Shown here: positions 13,638 to 24,774 of the stretch, in pieces | Numbering within the stretch: the first letter of the stretch is position 1 | Layout: every line of letters starts with the position of its first letter | Source: Octopus sinensis | Lineage: Eukaryota | Assembly: GCF_006345805.1 (NCBI RefSeq) | Contig: NW_021833473.1 | Coordinates: forward strand, 62,001 to 126,000 | Direction: 5' to 3' | DNA length: 64,000 bases | Notes under the pieces: generated by a model | Database searches by the model: none | Seen by the model: only the letters and a program-made list of their open reading frames with translations | What the model was told of the DNA's origin: nothing | Program-made: the position numbers and the translations under genes

Positions 13638-13849
13638 TTATGCTGGTCGTCCTCTTCCTCTGCCTCCACTAGCATCAGGTGCTTCGGATTTGGGATTTTT
13701 GATAGTTTCATCAACAGACAACAGTAGACAAGTTGCTTCTACAGCTGATAGAAGAGCGTTACATTTGACAACAGCAGGTTCCCAAATACATGCTTCAAAG
13801 TTATCTGTAATATCTTCATTCATCACATCGACTCCGTACCACATACCAC
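13638..13849 (-). CDS. CCT7: CCT7 last coding exon: [70 protein letters not shown]
   Basis: ORF track 13638..13844; the C-terminal GRGRGRP is typical of CCT-eta; exon lengths sum to 1620 nt (539 aa + stop). Confidence 0.97.
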
Positions 13850-14399
13850 CTACAAAATCAAAAGGAACAATTTCAATAAAGTTCTAATTTAATTTATAAG
13901 TAAGTCCTATAAAGCTTAACAAAGCACGTAAAATTTGATTTACAGTAAATTTAATCCCCAAAGGATTCAATATAGATTTTTAATTATTTTTATGCTCCCC
14001 ATTTCAGATCATTCTAATTTATTATTTTCTAAGTCTCCATATAATAAAGAAAAACTCATTACTTCACCAGTATCATCATCATTTAACATCCATTTTCTAT
14101 GCTGGTATCGGCTGGATGGTTTGACAGAAGCTGGTATGGCCAGGAACCACACCAAGCTCAAATGTCTCTTTCGGCACATTTTTTACAGCTGGATGCCCTT
14201 CCTAACACTCACCACTTTACAGGGTGGTTTTACATGGCACCATAACCATTCCAGATGAAATCTTGAGGTCAAAGGAGATGTCCAATTATTCTGGATGGGT
14301 TATCTATGTATAATGATAAGCACAAAGCTTCTCATGGAGTGTCTTCTTTTCTTTTAGTCTACGCCACATCACTTATGAACATCAACCCCAACTCAAGAG

Positions 14400-14870
14400 C
14401 AAATTTCCCTGCAGGCTGCATGAGATGACATTGAGCATACCAACTCTGAGATAGTCCCTCATAAGACATACGTCATGTGGGCCTGAACATCAGACTTGAA
14501 TGTATCCACAAGGTTACATAAAAAAATGTGCAGTGACAGGTTAATCTGACAAAAACAGTGGCCAGCAAATTTTAACCATCTTTGATTGATTGTCTGTCTG
14601 ATGGGCAGTAAAGATCCATATAGTGACTTAATTGATGTATGGTCATCATAAGAAATATTAAAGGACTTGTACAAAAGTTGAGTGTATATGCTGTCTGACG
14701 TACAACTGCAAATGCTCCACATCTCCTCACAAACCAGGAGTTGGCTGTCATTGAAGTTGATCTCTCAATAAGCTGTTTGAAGATAAAGACCATCATCATT
14801 GGTGAAAATGCTGGTGAGTGTGTGGTCATACACTTACATTAGGGCACATCAATTCAGATGCTTAATTTCT
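14400..14870 (-). mobile_element. Degenerate RTE-like RT C-terminal fragment
   Basis: FNISYDDH..KSLYGSLLPIRQTINQRWLKFAGHCF in ORF 14459..14722. Confidence 0.6.
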
Positions 14871-15525
14871 GGTACCTGGGCTCTTGTATTCATTCTACCA
14901 GTACAATCAGCAGTCAACAAGATTTGGAAAATTTGGAAAGGACCACAACTGTAAAGTGACCAAAAACTAAGCCCATTTCATGCTACAGTAGAATCTGTTC
15001 TGCTCTACAGCTCTGAATACTTGTCTCTTATGGTGACTCTATAGTGATTATCCATGAAGTATAATTTACAGTTAAATCTAAATGCAGAAGATGACTAAAA
15101 ACTGCACCTATCTGAACTGGTGTCTATTCCCAATATTTAAATAAAACTGAATCTCGATATAAAAGTGTTCCGAAGAAAAATATGAGATGTTAATTCATGA
15201 TCCCCGAGCAGAACATCTAATATCTTAGCAACCAATCTATCCATTTGTGTGTGCATAATACACACACACAATGCAAAATGGAATTTTAAATAATCCAGAA
15301 AGGAGCAGATAAATTCACTATTATTTTACAAAATCTTGGGAAGAAAAAAAGAAAAAAAGAGAGAGTACAGAAAAACCTTAATCTTCATATTGAAATTGTA
15401 AAGAAACAGTCTACTCAATTTTAAATCCCTTTCATATGAAAAATTTAAGTTTAAAATACACTACACAGAAGGATTTATAGAGTATATGTACTATTTCAGA
15501 AAGTTTATTTTATCTTTTTACTTAC

Positions 15526-15714
15526 CTTGAGCATGTTTTTGTCTTAGTTTATTCAAGATGTTGGTAGAATCAAATCCAGCATTATCACTTAATTGACGTG
15601 GAATTATTTCTAATGCTTTTGCTATGGCACCAATTAGTAACTGGTCTTTCCCGGCAATTGTTCGAGAATATTCTCTCAAGTAACGACTCAATTCTATTTC
15701 TATAGCACCACCGC
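15526..15714 (-). CDS. CCT7: CCT7 exon 11: [63 protein letters not shown]
   Basis: GGGA and IPRQL..NAG motifs; |gtaagt donor; 189 nt. Confidence 0.97.
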
Positions 15715-16980
15715 CTAAAATAAAATATCACACAACATTAAGATTCAACCGTACTTACAATTTCATTTAAATCTTTTTTAATATGATTCTTTTAATTTTT
15801 TTTTTACTTTCTTAAAAACGATGACTATGATATATCTTTGACAACTAAAATGTCACAACATCAGAACAAGATTGGCAAACAGCCAATCATGAAAGACCTT
15901 GTCATTGTAACCTTCCTCAAGAAAACCCATTTATATATTCACTTGCCATAGAAATTCAATATATGGAACAACTAAGATAATTTTTTTTTTTAATATTTAG
16001 CTCTAATAGCTAATTAAAAATCACCCTAGCCCACACACCTCTTGAAAACGATGGTTTATTACTTATGGCCAACCTCATCTAAAAGACAAATTTGAAGGCT
16101 TTGTTACAAGATATTGAAAATACTGGGAAAAAATACAAGAAAGAAATGAAGTGATCAATGCCAGGCCATAAAAGGGTTTTCAGAAACCACACAAAATTTC
16201 AGACACAACTGGCACAGTACAAGACTATGCAAGAGAAAGAAAGCCAACCAAGGTCGCTTAAAACAGGGCAAGCAACATGTGTAAGTTACTAATTATAGCA
16301 CTTGCCAGATAAATGTGTGTGAGTATATATATATAAAAAAAAAAAAGTGCCCCAGCATGGCCACAGCTTGTGAGCTGAAACTAGATTAAAAAAAAAAAAA
16401 GCGTGTTTGCATGTGGAGGCACATGGCCTAGTGGTTAGAGCAGCAGACTACGGTTGAGGGATCGCCAGTTCAAATCTCAAATCAGGCGATGTGTGGGTGT
16501 TTATGAGTGAAATACCCAAGCCCCACGTGGCTCCAGCAGAAGGTAATGGCGAACTTCTGTAAATATGACAGGTTCAACAACTCAGTCTGCTTGGTCTAAA
16601 GGGGTGGTTTCCAACCAGGGTGCACATGACCCTTGGCAAGTCCATACAAGATTTTGTCGTTAAAATCTATGTGCAATCTTTTTTTATATAATTTCCAATA
16701 ATATTTCAATTATTGAAATATAATATATATTTTTTCTTAAAACATCGAATGGTTGCGATCAAGGGGAGATAAATCGAGTTAAGAAACTAGTTGCAAATAA
16801 TTAGTGATGGACGATATGTAATAGCTGCTGTTTTGTTATTTACAGTGAAATTCTGCAAATACTAATAAAAAACAAAATACAAGTAAAATGTTTCATATTA
16901 TCAAGTTTACTTTGACAACAGAAGACCTTGCTTAAGACACTATTATAATAAGAACAAAATGAAATCTGAAAGTATCTCAC

Positions 16981-17132
16981 CAGCGACAACAGCATCATTT
17001 TTCAAAGCCCTTCGCACAATCATAATGGCATCATGGAGAGATCTTTCGGTCTCTTCAATAAATTGTTCGGCACCACCTCTCAGAATCATTGTGCAGGTTT
17101 TCGCTTGGGGACATCCAGTGAAAATGTTATAC
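16981..17132 (-). CDS. CCT7: CCT7 exon 10: [50 protein letters not shown]
   Basis: LRGG and ERSLHDA chaperonin motifs; |gtgaga donor; 152 nt. Confidence 0.97.
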
Positions 17133-17781
17133 CTAACATCAAGTACAGCAATAAGAAAACATTAGTATCACTAACCTTAATAGTCAATTCTCAAAATTAT
17201 CAGTGTGACCACTTCACTGAGGATACAACCTGCTTTTGAACTAACAAAATTTATTACTAAACAGAGTCATCATCATCATCCTCATCGTCGTTTAACGTCC
17301 ATTCTCCATGCTAGCATGGGTTGGACGGTTCGACCGGGGATCTGGGAAGCCAGAAGGCTGCACCAGGCTCCAGTCTAATCTGGCAATGTTTCTACAGCTG
17401 GATGCCCTTCCTAACACCAACCACTCCGTGAGTGTAGTGGGTGCTTTTTACGTGCCACCTGCACTGGTGCCAGGCGAGGCTGGCATCGGCCACGGTCGGA
17501 TTGGTGCATTTTACGTGCCACCTGCACGGAACCCAGTTGAGAAGAAAAGTGAGAAATTTACATTTATTTTACTTTAATATTTTAAGTCTTGCAATGCAGT
17601 AATATATCTGGATATATTGTGAAGTAAATAACACAATAAAAAGACCATTTTTTATTAACTTTCATTGCGAATGAAAGCTGTAGTTTATATGTTCTTTATG
17701 TTGTAGCATAGTATACACGTAATTACAAGTCGAAAGAATCAACCAACAAACAGTATGTTGTCAAAGAATCGATATATTGAG

Positions 17782-17962
17782 ATATGTTGGTTTCAAAGAC
17801 TAAGTTCTACCAGATGGATTTGACAGAACAACTCTCATGAAACCAAAATAGTATCAAAATAAAACCAGAACAGTTCGACTTGTTGATACAACAGTTTTAG
17901 TATTCCACAAATGTAACACTGTATGACAATAGCAGACATCCAGTTGACTTGTATGTGGTATT
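17782..17962 (-). ncRNA. SNORA74: U19/SNORA74-like H/ACA snoRNA, copy a
   Basis: 5' hairpin has pocket AGTCA/GTTAC and H box ATACTA 14 nt downstream. A middle domain follows, then a 3' hairpin TGGTTTCA/TGAAACCA with pocket GAGAGT/TAGT and ACA+3. The pockets pair with LSU helix 69 GUAACUAUGACUCUC. Confidence 0.85.
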
Positions 17963-18360
17963 TCAGAAAAATGAGTTTTGGAAATTGTCAGTCATAAACC
18001 AATTCTGATGTCTAACATATTTGAGATAATAGTGGAGCTAACAACGACAATTCATGTACCAGTATTACTATATTATTATGAGATTCAATGTATTCAAAAA
18101 TCTTTAGTGAAACCCAGTATTTTGTGATTCATGGACTGTAAAAGAAAGCTGGTAATCAAGGTGTATGTTTGATAAGCTGCAACTAAACGAGAATGATTAG
18201 AGCAAAGCATTCAGATGAAAACCATGCCAAATCAGACTGGAGTCTGAGGTAGCCTTCCCCTGTGCCAGCCCAGTCAATCCGTTCAAATGGACATTAAATG
18301 ATGACGATGATGATGATAAGAATTATACCAATACAGTGGGGTAAGAATATTAATAGAATG

Positions 18361-18499
18361 TTATGTAGGTTTCATTTATCAAGTTCTACCATATTATGTT
18401 TGATAGAACAGCTCTCGTGTAACCAGATTAGTTTTAATATTCCACAAACGCAATACTGTATGACAATATTAGGCATCCAGTTGTCTTAAACTGTGGTAC
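18361..18499 (-). ncRNA. U19-related two-hairpin H/ACA candidate, copy 1
   Basis: Alignable to both U19 guide hairpins but lacks the middle domain; H box ATATTA, ACA+3, 139 nt; pockets altered. Confidence 0.55.
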
Positions 18500-19295
18500 A
18501 CTTTATATATGAAAAATAAATCATGTTATTAATGAACATTGTTAGTCATAATGATGTATATACAAAATTATTAGTTAGTAACACTGTGTTAAGGTACAAG
18601 GTTTATTAAATACAGTTAGATAAGACTTTAATTAGCTCAAAGCATTCAATCAACATTTTCAAAAACAAATTTGGTAATTATGAATAAATAATTCTAAAGC
18701 CTGAGAAAGGAAACACCATCCATAGTGTTACATGTAATACAGAACAAGATAATATTTAATAAATTAACCTATTTCATATCAATTAATACAAAGGCTACTA
18801 AAAATTATGTTTTGGCTTAACATTTTAGCATTCAACCTGGCCATATCCAGCCCAAATATTCCACCTGTTTTGTGTTCAAATCAGCCAGAACTGGCCTCTC
18901 ATACCTATCCTACTATGTCATTCTAAAAATAAACAATGTGAATAAGCATTACACTTGATAGAGTAATGTGAATGCTAAAGGTTTAAGGAAGATATTGACT
19001 AAATCCCTAAAAATTCTTTACTGATTCTCAAATTAACTGGAACAGATGTATTTTAATAGAAGTAATTTTATCACCCTGCATTGTTTAATAATTAGACTAT
19101 TTAATAAAGTAGATAAGTCAATGCACACAGGGCACTAAGTTTTCTGATGATAAGGTATCACCCATAAATTCAGATTCCTAATAAGATCTAAGCACAAAAT
19201 ACCAACTCAGTCATAAAGAATCAGATAAATTTATTAGTTTTATGAACGAATCAAAAAATTCTACAAATGTAGAGGAGTAAACCGTAGCACAGAGA

Positions 19296-19476
19296 CAATG
19301 TTGGTTTCAAAGACTAAGTTCTACCAGATGAATTTGACAGAACAACTCTCATGAAACCAAAATAGCATCAAAGTAAAACAAGAACAGTTCAACTTGTTGA
19401 TACAATAGTTTTAGTATCCCACAAATGTAACACTGTATGACAATAGCAGACATCCAGTTGACTTGTATGTGGTATT
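19296..19476 (-). ncRNA. SNORA74: U19/SNORA74-like H/ACA snoRNA, copy b
   Basis: Same 181-nt structure; boxes and guide strands intact. Confidence 0.85.
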
Positions 19477-20323
19477 TCAGATAAATAAGCCCTTTGGAAA
19501 TTGTCAGTAATATCCAGCCGTAGAAACACTGCCAGATCAGACTGGGAAATTGTCAGTAATATCCAGCTGTAGAAACACTGCCAGATCAGACTGGGCCTGA
19601 TGCAGCCTTCTGGCTTCACAGACCCCAGTTGAACTGTCCAACCCATGCTAGCATGGAAAGCGGACGCTAAATGATGATGAAACCAATTCTGATGTCTAAT
19701 ACATTTGAGATAATAGTGACGCTAACAACGACAATTCATGTATCAGTATTACTATATTACTTATGAAATTCAATGTATTCAAAAATCTTTAGTGAAACCC
19801 AGTATTTTGTGATTCATGGACTGTAAAAGAAAACTGGTAATCAAGGTGTATGTTTGATAAACTGCAACTAAACGAGAATGATTAGATCAAAGCATTCAGG
19901 TTTTAAAAAAATAAAAACAGACAATCAACTTAATATGCAATGAATTAGAAAGGTTAAAATAATTGACCACAATATCATCATCATAATCATTTTAAAAACA
20001 CAAGATATAAATTAGTGAGGTGAACAGGAAATGAAATATTAGATACAGCAAATATATTCATCCCATCACACACACATTCAGCTGCCTTACAAGATCAAAG
20101 CAATGAAGCACCAATTCGTGCTGGTGGCATGTAAATGCACCCATTACACTCTTGGAGTAGTTGGCATTAGGAAGGGCATCCAACCGCAGAAAACCATGCC
20201 AAATCAGACTGGAGTCTGAGGTAGCCTTCCCCTGTGCCAGCCCAGTCAATCTGTTCAAACGGACATATGATGATGATGATAAGAATTATACCAATACAGA
20301 GGGGTAAGAATATTAATAGAATG

Positions 20324-20462
20324 TTATGTAGGTTTCATTTATCAAGTTCTACCATATTATGTTTGATAGAACAACTCTCGTGTAACCAGATTAGTTTTAA
20401 TATTCCACAAACGCAATACTGTATGACAATATTAGGCATCCAGTTGTCTTAAACTGTGGTAC
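20324..20462 (-). ncRNA. U19-related two-hairpin H/ACA candidate, copy 2
   Basis: Near-identical to 18361-18499. Confidence 0.55.
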
Positions 20463-21346
20463 ACTTTATATATAAAAAACAAATCATGTTATTAATGAAC
20501 ATTGTTAGTCATAATGATGTATATACAAAATTATTAGTTAATCAATAACACTGTGTTAAAGGTACAAGGTTTATTAAATACAGTTAGATAAGACTTTAAT
20601 TAGCTCAAAGCATTCATTCAACATTTTCAAAAACAAATTTGATAATTATGAATAAATAATTCTAAAGCCTGAGAAAGGAAACCCCACCCAGTGTTACATT
20701 TAATACGGAACAAGATATTATTTAATAAATTCATATCAATTAATACAAAGTCTACTAAAAATTATATTTTGTGTAAAAATTTTTGGCTTAACATTTTAGC
20801 ATTCAACCTGGCCGTATCCAGCCCAAATATTCCACCTGTTTTACGTTCAAATCAGCCAGATCTGGACTCTCCTACCTATCCTACTATGTCATTCTAAAAT
20901 AAACAATCACATCATTGAAATATTGAATACATAAGTAATTTAAACCAATGTGAATAAGCATTACATTTGACAGAGTAATGTGGATGCTAAAGGCTCAAGG
21001 AAGATATCAACTAAATCCCTAAAAATTCTTTACTGATTCTCAAATTAACTGGAACAGATGTATTTTAATAGAAGTATGAGAAATGAAAGGTAACAATGAC
21101 CTTTTGATATAATTTTATCACCCAGCATTGTTTAATAATTAGACTATTTAATAAAGTAGATAAGTGAATGCACACGGGGCACTAAGTTTTCTGATGGTAA
21201 GGTATTACCCATAAATTCAGATTCCTTGTAAGATCTAAGCACAAAATACCAACTCAGTCATAAAGAATCAGATAAATATTTTTATTAGTTTTATGGACGA
21301 ATCTAAAAATTCTACAAATGTAGAGGAGTAAACCTTAGCACAGAGA

Positions 21347-21527
21347 CAATGTTGGTTTCAAAGACTAAGTTCTACCAGATGAATTTGACAGAACAACTCT
21401 CATGAAACCAAAATAGCATCAAAGTAAAACAAGAACAGTTCGACTTGTTGATACAATAGTTTTAGTATCCCACAAATGTAACACTGTATGACAATAGCAG
21501 ACATCCAGTTGACTTGTATGTGGTATT
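21347..21527 (-). ncRNA. SNORA74: U19/SNORA74-like H/ACA snoRNA, copy c
   Basis: Same 181-nt structure; boxes and guide strands intact. Confidence 0.85.
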
Positions 21528-22118
21528 TCAGATAAATAAGCCCTTTGGAAATTGTCAGTCATAAACCAATTCTGATGACTAATATATTTGAGATAATAGT
21601 GACGCTAACAACGACTAGTGAAACCAAGTATTTTGTGATTCATGGACTGTAAAAGAAAACTGGTAATCAAGGTGTATGTTTGATAAGCTACAAGTAAACG
21701 AGACAGACAATCAACTTAATATGTAATGAATTAGAAAGGTTAAAATAATTGACCACAATATCATCATCATAATCATTTTAAAAACACAAGATATAAATTA
21801 GTGAGGTGAACAGGAAATGAAATATTAGATACAGCAAATATATTCATCCCATCACACACACATTCAGCTGCCTTACAAGATCAAAGCAATGAAGCACCAA
21901 TTCGTGCTGGTGGCATGTAAATGCACCCATTACACTCTTTGAGTAGTTGGCATTAGGAAGGGCATCCAACCGCAGAAAACCATGCCAAATCAGACTGGAG
22001 TCTGAGGTAGCCTTCCTGTGTGCCAGCCCAGTCAATCTGTTCAAACAGACATTAAATGATGACGATGATGATGATAAGAATTATACCAATACAGTGGGGT
22101 AAGAATATTAATAGAATG

Positions 22119-22257
22119 TTATGTAGGTTTCATTTATCAAGTTCTACCATATTATGTTTGATAGAACAACTCTCGTGTAACCAGATTAGTTTTAATATTC
22201 CACAAACGCAATACTGTATGACAATATTAGGCATCCAGTTGTCTTAAACTGTGGTAC
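22119..22257 (-). ncRNA. U19-related two-hairpin H/ACA candidate, copy 3
   Basis: Near-identical to 18361-18499. Confidence 0.55.
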
Positions 22258-23032
22258 ACTGTATATATAAAAAACAAATCATGTTATTAATGAACATTGT
22301 TAATCATAATGATGTATATACAAAATTATTAGTTAATCAATAACACTGTGTTAAAGGTACTAGGTTTATTAAATACAGTTAGAAGATAAGACTTTAATTA
22401 GCTCAAAGCATTCATTCAATATTTTCAAAAACAAATAATTCTAAAGACTAAGAAAGGAAACACCACCCATAGTGTTACATTTAATACTGAACAAGATATT
22501 ATTTAATAAATTCATATCAATTAATACAAAGTCTACTAAAAATTATATTTTGTGTAAAAATTTTTGGCTTAACATTTTAGCATTCAACCTGGCCATATCC
22601 AGCCCAAATATTCCACCTGTTTTATGTTCAAATCAGCCAGAACTGGCCTCTCATACCTATCCTACTATGTCATTCTAAAAATAAACAATGTAAATAAGCA
22701 TTACATTTGACAGAGTAATGTGGATGCTAAAGGCTTAAGGAAGATATTGACTAAATCCCTAAAAATTCTTTACTGATTTTCAAATTAACCGGAACAGATG
22801 TATTTTAATAGAAGTAGGAGAAACGAAAGGTAAAAATGACCTTTTGATATAATTTTATCACCCAGCACTAAGTTTTCTGATGATAAGGTATCACCCATAA
22901 ATTCAGATTCCTTGTAAGATCTAAGCACAAAATACCAACTCAGTCATAAAGAATCAGATAAATATTTTTATTAGTTTTATGGACAAATCAAAAATTTCTA
23001 CAAATGTAGAGGAGTAACGCTTAGCACAGAGA

Positions 23033-23213
23033 CAATGTTGGTTTCAAAGACTAAGTTCTACCAAATAAATTTGACGGAACAACTCTCATGAAACCAAAAT
23101 AGCATCAAAGTAAAACAAGAACAGTTCAACTTGTTGATACAACAGTTTTAGTATTCCACAAATGTAACACTGTATGACAATAGCAGACATCCAGTTGACT
23201 TGTATGTGGTATT
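23033..23213 (-). ncRNA. SNORA74: U19/SNORA74-like H/ACA snoRNA, copy d
   Basis: Same 181-nt structure; guides intact, with a few loop and upper-stem changes. Confidence 0.82.
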
Positions 23214-23710
23214 CCAGATAAATAAGCCTTTTGGAAATGATATCGAACCAAGTAAGAGACATTACCAACAATTCAGTTACTAGTACTATAATAGAGCTTA
23301 CTAAACAACACTGCAATCAAAACAAATTACAGTTGAACAACAATATTTCAAGTACTTTTAAAGTAAAATCACCAGGAAACACTTTCATGCAATATCTAAT
23401 AACCAGTAATAGAATATGAAGAATGTCGAAAACTTTGCTGAGTGTATATATTATATATTTGATTATTGTGATGCAGATGATTTATTTACTCAAAACATCT
23501 GTTCAATATAACCTTTATCCATTTGTAAACATTAGATAAGCTTCAGATTAGTAATAACTATGAATATGAATGATTATCATACGCAGCAAAATGTAAAGAT
23601 TTTCAGAGGATTAAAAAGAAAGAATAATAATAATAATAATAATAAAAGGGATGGTCTGTCATTCATATGACTCAAAAAATCATCTATTTTCACTTCAAGT
23701 ATATCATATA

Positions 23711-24074
23711 CTAGCACTATGACCTGGCGTTGCCGGGTCATAGTGCTAGTGCATGCATATACAGCCGCGTGCGTGTGCACATACACGCAAGTACTGTCCA
23801 AATCTCCGACCAATCACATACAGCTAGCTGGCATTCAATTGGCGTATCAAGTTTCGGGCATTTTGATTGGGTTTTGGATAGAAAATTCACAAAAAAGTCA
23901 CTTCTATTGATTTCTTAATGGCTTTGCGGGGTGACTGGGGAAATGTAAAGATGTGCACGACCACCCTTGGACGGTTTTGAACGACTGTAGAAAGTACGAG
24001 CCCTCTAACTGAAAAATTGTGGATTTGTATAAAGGGCACACATGCAGACATCTTGCCGTTTATATATATAGAGA
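23711..24074 (-). mobile_element. Different Helitron-like non-autonomous element
   Basis: 5' TCTCTATATATA; 3' long hairpin ending CTAG|T. Confidence 0.7.
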
Positions 24075-24621
24075 TCATATAATAATGGAGTCTATTCGCT
24101 ATGTAAAATGTAAATAGAAAGAAAACGAAGACAAATCGGTTGAATAGAACTATATTTAAGGAGCCATCTAATAAACAAAACTATGGTTTTCGAGTTGGTT
24201 TATGTATTCAAACAACCATAACAAAAATTGCGAAATTTATGCAAGAACTTTTGGCTAAGTTGTGACTGAAACATCAGCTTAATAAACAAGCTTTATGAAA
24301 TCAGTCTAAATTCACAAGTATTTTGGAATTTAAATTAAAACGCAGAAGGGTGAGATAAATTAGAAACATAATAGTAAACGGGTTAATTCATATCGGACTC
24401 AACCAATCAAGTTTATAGATTTCCAATGCCAAGCATATTTTTTTTGTGGGAGGTGTTGTGTCTTCAGGTAAAGATGTTTAAGATAGTTTTATTGTTAACA
24501 AACCCATTTGGTAGCAATATTAAAGGAAAAGAAAACATATTCCTGTTATATACATAAACACAAGAATTTCTTTAGAGGATAGAGTTAAGGCTGCATAAAA
24601 CACAATAAGTTAATCAGTTAC

Positions 24622-24774
24622 CTGTCGCCTCCAATTTGCTGTTCTTCAAAATGTTCACATTTTCCAAGATTTTTCTCAGTCATCTTTTGAACTGATGTTA
24701 AGATGGCACCACCACAAGCTTTCATGGTTCGATGAAGATCATCATCAACTACACGGCCAGCACAAAACATGTCT
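24622..24774 (-). CDS. CCT7: CCT7 exon 9: [51 protein letters not shown]
   Basis: tag| and |gtaact; 153 nt. Confidence 0.97.

Larger units (their letters stand above)
17782..23213. repeat. Intronic tandem duplication: three units of 1514, 2051 and 1686 bp plus a terminal U19 copy
   Basis: The order U19, segment B, SINE fragment, paralogue, MITE, segment D recurs three times. Confidence 0.92.

Noticed and set aside
15845-15910. Possible C/D snoRNA (ATGACAA...CTGA) in intron 10
   Set aside because: C box non-consensus and no recognisable antisense element.
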